Source of the DNA: Rotaria socialis
Taxonomy: Eukaryota
Assembly: GCA_905331295.1 (NCBI GenBank)
Contig: CAJNYD010000047.1
Location: 124,001 to 188,000, forward strand
DNA length: 64,000 nucleotides
Direction: 5' to 3'
In this document: one piece after another, positions 27,601-41,700 of the stretch
How the letters are laid out: each line of letters begins with the position of its first letter
Numbering within the stretch: the first letter of the stretch is position 1
Position numbers and translations under genes: made by a program
The notes under the pieces: model-generated
What the model was told of the DNA's origin: nothing
Database searches by the model: none
Seen by the model: only the letters and a program-made list of their open reading frames with translations

Positions 27601-30165
27601 CGTTAAAAATTCGTAATGATGAGCTCGATTCATTTGAAAAGTACTTATTAAATCAATAAATGCTTTTGTTTCAACTCTTGAGCATCGTTCATTCATCGGA
27701 TTCTTTTGTGATAAATCATTTAAACGCATATAAAGAAAATCTCGAATCGATGACGTTTGTGTTGCACATTGTATACCAGTATTATATGAGTAATTTGAAA
27801 GTAAACTATTAATCATGGTTAAATGTTCATTAAGAATAGCTTCTATATTACGAGTAAATGGTGATTTGGATTCTGGTTCTTGTTGTAGCGTCTGTATATT
27901 AGTTTGTTGTTCTGATTTGTAAGATGAATTTTTATGATCACGTGTAAGAGCTGCGAATCCACTAAGGTTATGACGATGAGAAGCACGTTTTCGATGTAGA
28001 TGAAGTGACGATGAAAGTGATGTTGCTGTTGTTGTGTTAGTTAAAGGTTTTGCTGAAGACTTGGCATTCATTGATGGTGTCATAGCTATCGAATCTGAAT
28101 GAGTACTTTGTAAAGATGAATAACTTTGAGCCAGCGGATCACTATTTGTTAGTCGTAAAGGTTCCGGTAGAAGAGTAGATATATTTGATGGATCATTTGC
28201 ATTTGCAATCTTTGGTATAATATCTGGCTCCTTCCGTGTGGTGGAACTTGGTACGTTATTCGAATGAAATGATGAGCAAAACTGAAAGAAAAATTTTATT
28301 AGTTCCATACGAGGGTGTTCAAACGAGATATCTGTGAATAACCTACAAGCGTCATTGTGTGATATGATTTACAAGAAAAGACGAGATAAATATACATTGA
28401 CATAGACTATTCGGTATGCTCAAACAAAGATATTCTTGATAACTCAATTTATCAAATGCGAAAGAATTCTACTGAAGAAAATTTCAACACCGGTGCTATT
28501 GTAAAGAGTTTACTATGTTAAATTATGTGTATCATCAAGCTCATGTCTTCAATTTAACAATTGACCCGTCCGGATGACTATATCAATAGAAATAGCTTAA
28601 CTAAGAACGAATGTACGCTCTAGAAAAAAAATGAGAATTTATATTTTAATTACTTCAACGAATGGATTTGGTGCTGGCTTTTGATGCTGTTGTTTTGGAG
28701 AAGTTGAATGTTGTCGATTTACCAAAGCAGATCGAGAAATAATTGTTGGCTTTTTTTCAAGTAACCACATTAATTGTTTTAAAATATCTCGTCTTTTATC
28801 AACTGGTCCTTTTCCCCCACCATTATCAGTTTTTAAACCTTTCATTTTCTTATTAATACCACTTAATTCATCATCGCTGGACGATGATAGATTTTCTGTA
28901 CTAGGTGTTCCAGATGATGTTGTCGATATTCGATTATTTCGTAGATGTTGATCAAGTAGAATCTTTTCATTGGCAGTTTCATTAGCATTTGCACTGGATG
29001 TTTTTAGTTGTTCAAGTGAACTTGTTTCTAAACTTACTAAATCAGTACCACTTCGATTTGATGATTGATTCGAAGCCGATGATGGAATAGCTAAAAATCT
29101 TGAATCTGGAGAATAATGTGAATAACTACGCGATGACGATGAGTGTGTATTAGATCGAGACAAAAACACGCTATCAGACATATAAGATGATTGTCGTGTT
29201 GTATCACCGGATGGGTCATAAGCACCATTAGGCATGGACAGTGTAGTTCGAAATTGTTTACGAAGAATGTGAGAATGCAATGATTGTGATTGTAGATTTA
29301 CTGCTTGAGATTGTGAACGTGAAAATCCAGTAGATTTGTTCTTGGTTGTATTCCATGATGTACGTCGTCGTTGGTGAGATACTGACGGTTTAGGATGACA
29401 ATCGGTTGAGACAGAAGCATGAAAAGAAACATTTGATGATTTTTTTGAACTCTCTCGAGTAGTTGGCGATCGACCTTGGAATTGAATTTGTTGTTGTTCT
29501 TCTTCTGACTGTATGCGTTTGGAGTTTTTATCAATTTCTGAATCTTCTGATTCAGTTACTGGAAGAAATTTCATGGGTATGTCTTCTTTTTCTTCCTCTT
29601 CATTCGCATTACGATTATACTGATCATTGAGTGGTAAAGATGAACTACGTCGAAGATCGTTTGGAAGCGATATTTGTGGTACAGTCATGGTATCAGAAAC
29701 TATTGATTGTTGATGATCGCATATTGTTGATACAGTTGAATTTCCACGACTACGTTGTATTATTGGTTCAATTAATGTTAATGGAAGAGATGGCGAACGT
29801 TCAATTGTTGGTGATGATGATTCGGTTGTTGTTGATTGAACCCATATAGCAACCGATCGATTGTCCACGGGAAAATTTGAAGCTTTTTGTTGATCAGTTG
29901 TATATGGCGGTGGTACATAAATATCTGATGAAGGTCTCTCGCTCTTTGTTATTGATGACAAAGCAGTTTCTGACGATTGATCTGTTGGTGCAACAAAATT
30001 TGTTGATTCAAGAACATTTGTCTCAGTATCATCAACAAGTTGGAATTTTGGTACGGAAATCATCATTGTCACAGGATTTACCTGTGCATCAGGTATTTTT
30101 GATTCATCTTGAGGGTCTGAAGGTGTCATTGTCAATGATTCTGCCTTGCCATTATTTGAGTCCAT
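15611..30165 (-). CDS. MAP3K4: Mitogen-activated protein kinase kinase kinase 4 (MEKK4)-like, multi-exon
   Basis: Phase-compatible exons 30165-28654, 28281-27513, 26197-25605, ... 20753-20430, 20377-~20293, 16025-15940, 15891-15684, 15618-15611. MEKK4 N-region motifs RLDALFVWYN, LGLPSLLPLYFFIINVLLDVMNECL, QQLVREAKLVL. Kinase motifs FPWRRGTRIGRGGAG, CMKEI, HPNIVRYFGIE, HCDVKGDNIF, SDIWALGCTIIEMLTGKLPW, RRSARELLSHP. The ATG at 30165 follows an AG acceptor, so upstream exons may exist. Confidence 0.88.
16763..17134. mobile_element. MITE with CCCAG...CTGGG termini and internal GGATCC/TCGGA-rich palindromic repeats
   Basis: Imperfect TIR CCCAGGAGAATCATTCCGA / TCGGATTCGTGCATCTGGG, with TA on both sides; lies in the 4.3 kb MAP3K4 intron. 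Confidence 0.7.
17552..17906. mobile_element. hAT-like MITE with GGAACC/GGTTCC subterminal repeats, probably nested in another degraded element (~17514-18098)
   Basis: TAGAAGTATGCGGTTCCA / TGGAACCGCAAACCTCT imperfect TIR; GAGGGGA occurs at both flanks as a degenerate TSD. Confidence 0.6.
26732..27043. mobile_element. Short interspersed repeat/MITE, copy 1, with an internal 20-bp perfect stem
   Basis: Imperfect termini GGGTAAAAATTTGAA / TTCACATTTTTATCCC; CACAGACC-type internal motifs; similar to 41157-41349. Confidence 0.65.
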
Positions 30166-33100
30166 CTAGAAAGTTATAAGTCTTTTTCTTAAAAGTTTTC
30201 ACACGCATTACTATCACGCTATGATTCCATTGAAACCAGATCTTACTAGGTCAATCTAAGTAAGTCATACAATAAGAATGCAATCAAGTTCATAAAATTT
30301 CTTGACTCAATCGATAGATGTTATTTTGAATATTTATGCTATATTTTCAGCTATCGATCAAAAAGAAAATCAAATTAGCTCATTAATTTCCTTCACTTTT
30401 ATAAGTAAAAATAATAGTGTGCAGAGAGCGCGGGCTCTGTTGCGTCGAGAGGTATCTGTATGAAAATATAGAATATGAAATAAAATATTCTGTAATTTAT
30501 TTTTATCGTTAAAGCAAAGACTGAAATTTTTAGATTTTTTCGTGCATTTAAAACTATCTTATACCAGATATAAAACATGAGCTATAATGAAATTTTCAAA
30601 AATCAATGCTATAAATGAGTACATTTATTCGCTTGATGAAGTATCCGTACTTATATGCACGACAAAATAATGATGAGTACATGCTTTTTCAATATAGCAA
30701 GGTTAAAGAATAGCGAAAAAAGCTATCTTATAATGATGTTGACATAATTACATTAAAAAAGGTTTTTCTTGAAAATAATTGTGAAAAACCTTGAAATCAT
30801 CATCACATGATACGTGTTTAAAAATAAAAATACATTAAAGGATAATATACGTGAATCAGAATTTTAATACTAAAAATAAACAAAATCAGCTCTGATTTCT
30901 AAAGGAGATGTGACTTTAAATTTATTAGATTAAGAGAGCTTTAGTCTTAGGTAAAATTCTATTTGCGTTTGAATGAATTATTATTAGTCATGACTGAATA
31001 GAGATTTTTGTCATCTACAGAAAAGACACACTCGTTTTTGAATTCATATTACTACCATAGCACTTACTGAATTGTGTTCATTTTATTAATTTTTTTTCTT
31101 TTACTAAGTTTTCTACCAAAAAAATTGGCGTAGATCTATTTTATGGGAAATTCGATCACTGCATAAATCTGAATGTAACCAAAATGTGTCATCCGATAGA
31201 CGCATTGAGTACTACTGAAATTAGTATACTATTGTAGTTTCAATCAGATCTATCTATGAATTAGATTTTCTATCGAATAACTTCGTTTCCCATTTTTTAC
31301 TACACACTCACTGAATGGAAAAATTATAATAAAATGGATATAGAACAAAAGTAACATGATCTGCACTGAATAGCAATATGCTAATCTCAATGTCAGTAGG
31401 TTATGAAGCACGTATGTATTCTAAAAGCATGAATCACTTGGGACGATTTTATCGTTAGCTATTGCAATAGTAGCCAGTGAAAAAACTTAATTAATAATTA
31501 GCTAGTATTCATTTCATTAAAACCGATCAAAAGCTCATTCTTTTCTGCTCTCAATTCTTAAACTCAAAACTATTTTCAGTCGTGTCTAGAATAAATTTTA
31601 CATAATTCAATAAATGATCTCTATCAAATAGATAAGTTGAATAATCTAGTACTAGCTACTGAAAGTAACTATAAACACTCCCATTCAACTTTGATGTAAG
31701 TTTGATAATAATTAAACACTTCCATGATAATTCCGATATACGAATAATTTTCAACATGAAAGTTTCTCTTTTTTTTTTCATTCTGAAATATATTCATTTT
31801 GATGCGGGAGACTGTTGTAAGAATTGTTTTTTCTGATTATTTTCTAAAGAATTCTGTTGTTTATTTTTTGGACTGTTTTCATTCCTGATAATTTCCCTGG
31901 TTGACTATGCATTAGAGAAAAAAACAATATTCTGCATACGATTACTTTCCAATCCGAACAAGTATATCATCTTTTAAATCAACATTAATTATCATTATAT
32001 CGATAGAAGACCTAAGAAAAACGAACGAGAATAAATTGATAAACAAGCTTCGCTTCTAATCTATGACTCATGTTATGATTTCTTATGTTAATCTATTGTC
32101 CCTCACAATCCTAAAATTCATAAAACTGGAATGCTAAAGTCTAATTCTCAAGAAAACAAATCACATTTTTTTCCTATGAAAGTTACCCTTGAAAGTGTCT
32201 GGGAAAAATGTAACATAAATAGAAGGATTCAAAACAACGATATTTAAATAAATACATTCCCTTATGGTTCGTTGTTGTTATTTGCATAATCCAAATTATT
32301 CTGATATTTAGATACATGTTACCTATAATAACGAAAACTTCCAATCGAAAAATTAAGTTTTCATGCATATATCAACGTTGAAGACAGCGGCCTCCTGCAA
32401 AAACGCAAACATAGTCTGTGATTGGTTGCCCTATTCCTGTAGGCATACACGTAACTGATAATTTTTATTCAACAAAACTGTTTTCAATTTGTTTTGAGAA
32501 TATATTGACTTAAGATAGTATGAAAATAATTTATTTGAAAAAGCTGTCTATCATTCCGCTATAATTTGATCCAACAAATCACACCAGTTAGCAAGAATAA
32601 AATGAATATTTAATTGTTTCATAACAAGAAATTCAAAGACATTAGGAGTCTTCAGAATATGCTTAAATTCTTAGAAGATATTATCGTGAACAAATATGTC
32701 GCTTGTATTCGATGTCGTAGTATTTGAAATAGCATGTGACAGCTTTTATTGGATTCTGAAATAAGACGTACTTAGAAATTGGCTGCTCAAAGTTACTAGC
32801 ACAAAACTTTCTCTCTTGATATATTAATCCATCACTCGTGACATTTTTCTCGAGAAATCAGGCACGCTTCTCTTCCTAGAATTTTGACAGATCACTTCAT
32901 CTATTTTTAATAAAATGACGGTTTAAGAGTTCAACGTTTTGCTGCTCTTTGAGCTTTCAATTATAATTCTCTTCATTAAAAGGATCTCATAAACAGCACG
33001 TAGCAATTTGTAAATATTCAGTAACTTTTTTATGATTGCTTTTACGTATATTGCAAAGTTTCTGCATAGGATATTGTATTTTAGTCAACGGTGGTGTTGC

Positions 33101-33871
33101 CGTTCGACTTTTAACGGATTACAATACTTTGTGATAATCCACATTCAAATTCAAACATTCTATTCTATTCATATCAATCGATAATAACGCCAACAGATAA
33201 ATTTTAATAAGTACACAGCACTAAAATAATTTCCGTCTTACACTTAATACTTAAATATAATTTGTTGAATAGTAGATACGACAATGTCTCTTTCTCTTTT
33301 ATAAAAAAAAATGCGTGAGAATAATTATGATCGATGATGACAACATTTCGCGTTCTATTGTTGCTTACACTCATGATGATCAATTCATTTATCTATCTGT
33401 TCTTCGTCATCCTATAATTTATTTTTTATGTCTTCCTAATCATTTCGGTTGATGCACTCTAATGGAAGAAAAAAGGATGCGCTTAATGTCTTTCGAATAA
33501 ATATAAATGCTTGTCATCTGCACACCTTCGTTATGCTTCAACGATTCGGTTGAATAGATATGATAACGAAAGAGAAAAACTAAAATTTATACGGGCATTC
33601 ATATGATTGCATAGGTCAATGGTAGAAGCATCTGATGAATATTATTTTGTTTTTAACTACTTCGTTTCGATAACCACTCTGGAAGAGAATCGAACTTGTA
33701 ACAGAATAATTCGAATTCGAATGTGTTCATTCTCTTCTAAGTGGCCCTCGTGCGATGTATATATCAACGAAAACATCTGCTCGATTTCTCATAGAAATAA
33801 TCTGTTTCTTTTTTTCAAACTTGAAAAGCGGCTCGTCTTCGTAGTTTATTTCTTTTGTTGATTGGGAAAAA

Positions 33872-34419
33872 ATGCATACGCTTTTGAATATAATTGTTTT
33901 TGCTTTGTTTTGCAATATTATTATACAAGTTCAAAGTAAAAATAAAGATTATTTAGCAAAATTTTTCGAAACTAAGGATCCTGCTGATTTACCTGAAAAT
34001 GCCAAACAATTTCTGTTACTTTGGCAATCCCAACAACGAGCTGATGGTGATGGGTATGAATATTACAATATTTTATTTGATTAGTTGATTGTTTTTTGTT
34101 TTCATTGAAGACATTGGTGTTGTGCTATAACTCCACCTACAACACCTGTTTTCTCTAGCACTGGCCATCTTTTACAGTAAAACAAGAAAGAAAACCTTTG
34201 TTCATATAAAATTTAATTCTATTTATTTTCAGTTATCAGCCATTACCGTGCCCCGACACATATATGGTCTGTTGCAAGGGTTATATAAATATTCAAGGTC
34301 AATGTTTTTCATTCAGCGACATTAAAGACATTCTTCCAGCTTGGCAAGCACTTTCTGCTGCATTCGGTTCAACAATGACAACTGAACAGATTCTTAATGC
34401 TGTTCATCAAATCGGTTAA
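33872..34419 (+). CDS. Small secreted cysteine-rich protein (144 aa), EMI-like CCxGY motif
   Basis: Exons 33872-34053, 34111-34176 and 34233-34419 total 435 nt in frame with GT-AG introns. Hydrophobic N-terminus MHTLLNIIVFALFCNIIIQVQS; ...HWCC...LPCPDTYMVCCKGYINIQGQCF...HQIG*. Confidence 0.8.
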
Positions 34420-34521
34420 ATTAATAAAAAAAATAACAACAATTTATTTTTCTTTTTATTTTCATAATAAAAGAAAAATAAAGATAGAAGTTTAATTTGT
34501 ATTTTTCATGTCTTATTGATT

Positions 34522-35652
34522 TCATTTACAACTAACACGTGATAGAGAATGAGATTGACTAAAACGCGCATCTAATCGTTGATCATCAACGCAATCGATA
34601 TGCATGTTACGACTTATAGTTATTGACCGTTTTTGATTACCAGAGTAATCAAATTTTCGATTAGACTGTTTATAATAGCAAATCAATTTTTGAATTTCTT
34701 TCCGAAACATCGGTCCAGTTAATGTGTAAACATAAAAATGTGATGCATGATTTATTTGATGTAAAAGAATAAGTACTGTTGTATTCATCCATAATTCACA
34801 TGTATATTTCATTTGAAATGGGTCACTTAATTTCGTGCGTATATAATCATTAATTTCCGATGGTAATGATAAAACAACAAATAAAATTGATGTTAGTAAT
34901 AGAAAACCCGTTAATTGTCGATCTTTTTCTTGACGACGACGCACACCATGTGATGATACCCGTCGTAATGATTTATGTTTTCGTGCTAATCTAGTTATGA
35001 TGAATATGTTACATAAAAATATAACGATAAATGGTATTAATACGGTTTTTACTATATCAATATATGAATCATAATGATTAACATAAAATAGTGAATATGT
35101 TCCATTTCTCGGAAAGCAGGCACCATCTTTATCCACATGAAATCCATAAAGAAAATGACTATTAATCAAACTAAATAAAATAGCAACAATGGCTATCAGT
35201 AATTTTGCTGTCGATTCTCGGCAAAAATGATGATTTGCTGATCCATGTGATGTTAAGACGAAACGATCAATAGCAGCTAATGTCAAAAAATAATTTGATA
35301 TATCTGTCGATGCATAAAAAAGAAAAATAACTGATTTACACATAAATGCACTTGATAAAAGTTGTATTCCAAAACCGTACCAAAGTAAATTTTCTAATGT
35401 GTAACCAACTAATACCACTATATCACTTACGCTTAACGCCAAAAAATATATTGAACATGAACGAGAACGAAGTGATTTTCGACTAAATACAAGGATTGAT
35501 AAAGAATTACCAATGAAACCCAATATAACAGTCAATGTTCCTGCATATCGAAGAAAACGTCCAGTATCATATGCGCATTGAGTTGTAAAATTAGTGGAAC
35601 CATTATTTTGAGGATACATAATCAATTTTGTCGACCAATTTAAACCAGTCAT
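34522..35652 (-). CDS. Rhodopsin-family peptide GPCR (FMRFamide/TRH-receptor-like), single coding exon
   Basis: 376-aa ORF; GFIGNSLS, YFLALSVSD, AIDRF, IPF in TM5, LSLP in TM6, INHASHFYVYTLTGPMFRKE in TM7/H8. Confidence 0.92.
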   Translation of the reverse strand: MTGLNWSTKLIMYPQNNGSTNFTTQCAYDTGRFLRYAGTLTVILGFIGNSLSILVFSRKSLRSRSCSIYFLALSVSDIVVLVGYTLENLLWYGFGIQLLSSAFMCKSVIFLFYASTDISNYFLTLAAIDRFVLTSHGSANHHFCRESTAKLLIAIVAILFSLINSHFLYGFHVDKDGACFPRNGTYSLFYVNHYDSYIDIVKTVLIPFIVIFLCNIFIITRLARKHKSLRRVSSHGVRRRQEKDRQLTGFLLLTSILFVVLSLPSEINDYIRTKLSDPFQMKYTCELWMNTTVLILLHQINHASHFYVYTLTGPMFRKEIQKLICYYKQSNRKFDYSGNQKRSITISRNMHIDCVDDQRLDARFSQSHSLSRVSCK

Positions 35653-38153
35653 TGTTTAATAATGGAAAAAATTATAATGTGCTGCAAAAGAAAAAAGAAA
35701 AGCAAAGTCTATGTGTAATTACTGTTCATGACAATCGACTAATTGAAATTTACATCGTAACAGACGTTATTATACTTACATGTAAATGTCGTGATTGTTA
35801 GAACGAGGTTAATTTTTTTCCTGCTTATAATGATAATCTTCTTAGGCATATCCTTAGACTCGCCAAAGCATCATTTCATGACAGCCATCGGATCGTACGT
35901 GCAAAACAAATTACATGAATTCATGGCATTATTTTGTTATTTATTTTCTTGTCTTAATTAGTGTGTTAAGTCAAAATTTAGTATAAAAATAGATATCAAG
36001 GATTACTGCAAGTCATTATTATAGACATATTCGCGCATAGAACAACCCGTATGAACGCTTGGAACTAAGAGTAATAAAAAGAACGCAAACATCTGCTCTT
36101 ACCCAAAATAGGAATATTTTGTGTGAAAACTTAATATTTACAAGTCAAAACATGCAATATATTTATGTGTGTAAAACATCAACTTATGCATACTACTAAT
36201 GAAAATATGATGCCTGTTTTGAATATAGGATTCGTTGAGAATTCTTCGAGCAAATACGATACAATATTATAATTAATAGTAAAATAATGCTATTTTTACA
36301 GTTAATATAGCGCAAAAATAGTAGAAGCAATTTGAATGTTTTTTAATTAAATTTTCAATTGGACAATGTTATACGTCGAGTAGAAAGATAAAAATATCTC
36401 TCAAATCTTCAATTAATCATGCTATTCTGATTATAGAAAAGTTCATAGTTATACAGCAAATATGTCAAAGCAACTTTTATTTCAATAGAAATTCTATCTC
36501 GTCAATTAATATAGTAAACCAAAAAGAAAACCAAAGATCTTTCATATTTCTTATCGAAAAACGAACTTCAATTTGTTTTTATTTAAAAAATACTAACATT
36601 TTTACCTTTCGTATCTATAAGCAATGAAGAAAACAATGACTGCCGAATAGATTTTGATTTTGAAAGAAAATTTCAGCTCGTAGCAGAAATGTTTATCAGA
36701 ACATCACTATAGAAGAGAGAATCCTACTAAACATCTCGATCATGACAGATTGAAAACTGGCATATATTTTCTTTCTCTCGTTCTTTTTTTCTTGTTTCTT
36801 ATAGCGTACTCATTACGGTCACTATTACAGTTGTTTTCGTCATTATGTAAAATTAACTATAAGTCAGAACACATTATTTGAAAATTACTATTAAAAAATG
36901 AATTTAATTAAACTACCATTTTTAGATTTCACATTTTCCTATATAGACGTACACACCCTAGTAAAAAATAGCCAAACTGATTGTTTCTTGACGAAAGATT
37001 TTTACATTCTATCATTTCCAGTATGCATACGAGCTGCATGCCTTTTGAACTTAATTCCCATCGTTGATTCAATCGAAAATAATTAAGTTTTTTGGTTATA
37101 AGAAGAAAAAAATGGCTCCGCAATTGTCTGTCTCTACGAGATCGATAATGACAAATACATGTGGCAGTTATTTCTTGCGCTAACGCACTCGTTCCAGACT
37201 AATTAATACCGAAATCTGAGAAAAGCTATCTGATTAATTGGTGGCTTCCGGTTTGAAAAGCATAGTCATGTTGGCATGGCTATCATTGAAAGGAGTGTTT
37301 TCTGTTTGATGAGCAGTAATTTTAAAACAGTAATTTTTTTAATTATCTCTCTAGTATTTCTATTGAATTATTTTGTCGTATCCTGATGACGTATATCATT
37401 GAAGTTGATTTTTAATAAAAATAATGTAGATCCTAAAATCCTAATAATATTTTTTTCTTCGATGATATCAGTGACGTTCGTTAATAATATTTGATACCAT
37501 CATTACAATCTTATCAAAGTTAAGTAAAACATAGGCTTTCATTGATAAAAACAATGGTTTCTCAGTGATAAGATTTGTCTGGGGATAAACAACAGAAATT
37601 GTTTTTTTTTAATATCGAAAACAAAACAACCGTTTTTTTGTATGCAATCATTAGAAATGATTCACTGGTTTGAGAAAAATAAAACTCCTTTTAATAAAAT
37701 TGTAATTTGTTCTGATTTGAACTGTTCAATTTTTAAATTGCTAATCTATTTCTCAAATCAAGGCAGTTACATTTGATGCTTTTCTCGGCAGAAAGGATGG
37801 TTGCCTGAGCATTTTTTGCTGCAACTATAGAGAATGAACATTGAATAAATCTGTAGAATTTATCTTCGCTTCAATGTAAACCTTATTAACCATTCAGCTA
37901 TGGCATACAGTTGCGCATGTATCATATGTCAAGACAGAATATATTATTAAATTATTTTCCTAGTCTATTAAACTTATTACGATAATCATTATTACACTTA
38001 TGAAATTGTAGACATCCATATCATGCATATTAATTAAGATATAAGCTTTTGAAGGTTCCTACAACCTTTGATAAGACTCTTAACAAGTAAAATTATGATA
38101 AAATTCAGTACGATTATTAGAATTTACTAGTTTTGCTTTACGGGCGTACCACA

Positions 38154-38328
38154 CAGGGACGGCACGAACGGGGGGGGGGGGGCCCCCCAACTTGGGAAAT
38201 TTTTGTTGCAATTTTACTCCGATTTGAAGAAAATAGAAGAAATTTTTATTGATTTACTCCGATTTTTGAAAAAAAATCTCCCGTTTTCAAGTAACCCCCT
38301 ATATTTTTGTTGCTTCGCGCCGTCCCTG
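38154..38328. mobile_element. hAT-type MITE, 175 bp
   Basis: TIR CAGGGACGGC(A/G)CGAA; 8-bp TSD GTACCACA / GTATCACA (7 of 8 match); internal G12 run followed by a C run. Confidence 0.85.
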
Positions 38329-38751
38329 GTATCACAATCATGCTTTAATAATGAGAATAAAATACAATAGGCATGTAATTACAAAACGCACTTAGATATA
38401 TTTGTTGAGTTTTATACATTGTGTCAGGTACTTCACATTCAAACACAATCAGTAGACGTAGCGCTACAAATTATCCTTCAATTCTACTATACTGTTTAAC
38501 ATGCATACGCTTTGCTTTATTCAAGTGTCTGTGAATTTGCATTTTTTCATAGATATAAATAGTTTAAAAACGACATCTGTTGAAGTCTTGCAGTAAACAT
38601 GTGAATTTAAGATTTCCCGAGACAATTACTACGGGCAACACGGAGAGTAATGGCAGAAACATTAAAATGAGTAAATGATGTAGACGAATACAGGAGTCTG
38701 TTTTTTTTTGTTCTGTTATTCGTTTGCTGTTGGCGTCTCACATTCTCAATC

Positions 38752-41700
38752 ATGCCAGCAAAACGAGGAAAGAAAGCGAAACCCGTAAGCATTTAATATT
38801 CTCTATACATCTTTGTTTTTTTACTACAATGCATCGGAACCAATTTATTCATTCATATTACGTTCTTTGTGGTATTCAACTATGTAATACAATGGTTATA
38901 ACTTCATTTTTTTTGTTTTGCGAGACAAAGTTAAATGTATAATCTCAAACAATGCGCTGAGTACAATTGAACGAAAAATTTTCCCAAGGTCGAAAAACAG
39001 TATAAAAACATGTTGAGTCCTGTTTGATCATGTTAAAGTAGTTTGTTCAGCGTGTACAAGATTAGATAAGATTTAGTTTTATGAGAAGCTAATATTGAGC
39101 TTCCAGAACGACATTTTGAATATCTCATGTAAACTATAGCAACGTTCGTGTCAATTTTTGTATATTATCAAGAATATTTCCATGTTATTCAAACTGAACA
39201 AAACCGTAGATTCTTTTAAATGCATTGAATCAAAAATTATCATTAATTTTTTAGATACTCTTTTACAGCTTGATAGAATCGATTCAAAGTTGACCCATCT
39301 TCATGTTATTAATGTATCTAAGCTGCTTCTATAAGCTACAGAGTCTATTTCAGCTTCATTAATGAGATAAGCTTTTCTTGGTAAAAATATATTCTGAAGC
39401 AGTATTCTGAATCTGAAATCAATAGAACAGAAAGTCTTGAGTACTACTGGTGATAATACAAACAAATATAGGTAGGAAGAATGAAATGAAAAACTTCCTT
39501 GTTAAGTGAAATTTGTCTTTTGCAGAGTCGTAAAAAATATTCAAAAAAAGAGCTCATGAATACTTTCGATTCTAATTATTTTGTGACCTTCAAGAACTAT
39601 GGCTTTTCAAATTCATTTACACATCTTCACATCGAAGACTTCGCATTTGCTAACAGAGAAAAAAATATCGAATATCTTCAATGTTGCTTTCTAACACCGT
39701 ATCATGAAAATAGAAAAATTTATTTCAATCAATATTTGTTGTGTTTTTTTAGCAATTGTACAGCCATATTGGTTCCGCTATCATTCCACTAGCAAGTATA
39801 GTTGCTGTTCCATCTGCTAGTCAACATTTTCCACAACAAAAGATACAAGCCCGTGAAGAATGGGGTCCGATAGCATCTACTCTACTACGTGCTTCCGCTA
39901 CAGCTCACATGCTTATCCCATCGTCATCATCGAAGACTTCTCTAAACCAAGAAGATGACGACGACGATGATGAGGATTATCAACCAACGTCGAGACGGAC
40001 AGCCATTGGACGAATGGATGCAAGTACTTCAGATGAAGATGAAAGGTAATTAAATGATTTTGTATCTCTAAGCAATTTTCTTGTTTAACATATAATACAT
40101 AGTGATGATGCAAAATATTCGCGCAAACATCAAGATTCACTTCATGCATCTACTATTAGAAGCGTATGAATTTCTATTTATAGTATAATCAGTTTTGAAT
40201 ATTTTCTTTTTCAAGAGTATATCTCGAGCAGTATCAATATCCGATACTGAAAAACGTCTCTTTGGTCACGTGATCAATGATGATGGTAATTATATTTGTA
40301 AAATCTAATAAAGTTCCATCTCCTACTGATTCTATATCTCGAAAGCACCAACATCAACCGAAACAAGAACTAATCATGATCCTAATTCATCGAATCAGTT
40401 GGATCGAAAACAATCGGTGAATGCTGAACAATCCCACTCCGCAACAGCAACAACAACAACAACAACAACAACAACTACTACAGATGTATATTGCACATAG
40501 AATTGAAATATAAACGAACTTTTACACTTTTTTTTCTATTAAATAGAACAAAAATGTTAAACGAGCATCAGTTACTATTGTGAAACAAACAGTGCCTCCT
40601 TTAGTTTCTAACCCAACACCAAGTCGAGTAGGTCCGTCACCAGCAAGGAGTAACAACCAAGCCGATGTACGTTCTTCGTTTGTTTGTTTTACACAGATAT
40701 GTTTATTTTATTTCAAGGATATTGCCGATGAAGCCAAATCAATAACAACAACGACAGCACGTTCTTCGCTTAATGATGCAACAACGTTACCAGTTAGTGC
40801 TCGATCTGTTTCATTTAAAGAACCTCTCGTTCATGAACTATACGATCCATCGTCATCAAAATCTCAACAAACAACTACTGTCATAAATAATAATAATTAT
40901 TCTGTATTGGATAAAATTGGTATATTTATTTTTTCTTATTCGAAAACGATTCTTTTTCTTTTGTTATGTTTGCTTATGAAATAGTCATTCCACCGCCTGA
41001 AGAATACCAACACAATTTTAATGACCTTGAAAAACGTAATCAACTATTGACTCATGAAAATCAACAATTACGAGTTCTTAATCGAGTAATTTATTATTAT
41101 TTCTAGATATCAATTGTTTTGTGAAATACGAACTAGAAACATTTGCCTAAGTATATAAAGGGGTAGAAATTTGCACTGCTCTCTTCACAGAAAATGACTG
41201 AAGGTTTTCGCGAGGTCAAAACCAACTGTGGTAGAAGACTTTCAAAAGTTATCACAGGTCGTGATAGACGACCGCCGTCGACTATTGTAGATTATGACAC
41301 ACGGTCTGCGTAACGTAGTTTTTTCGTGTTTCACATTTTAATCCCATAGAAATTTCGCTAACATTTTTTTTGTCTCTTACGTTAAATAAATCATTTAGAA
41401 TCTACAAACACAACAAGAAGAATTACTCAATCGTTTACAATCATCACAAAAACTATCGAAACGAGAATTAAGTGACCTATTAGAACGAGTTGGACGTGGT
41501 AAAAAAACGTTTTTGATGAATTATTTTCGAGCTTTCCGATTCGTTTTATTTTTGCTTCGTCCAATTAGATCAAACAAAAGAGCTCGGAAGTTTAAATAAA
41601 ACATTACAAAATCGATGTGATCAATTGGAAAATGAATTGCTTTCATTGAGAGAACGCTATGCACAAGGTGAAAAATTACAATAACTACATAATTTTATTT

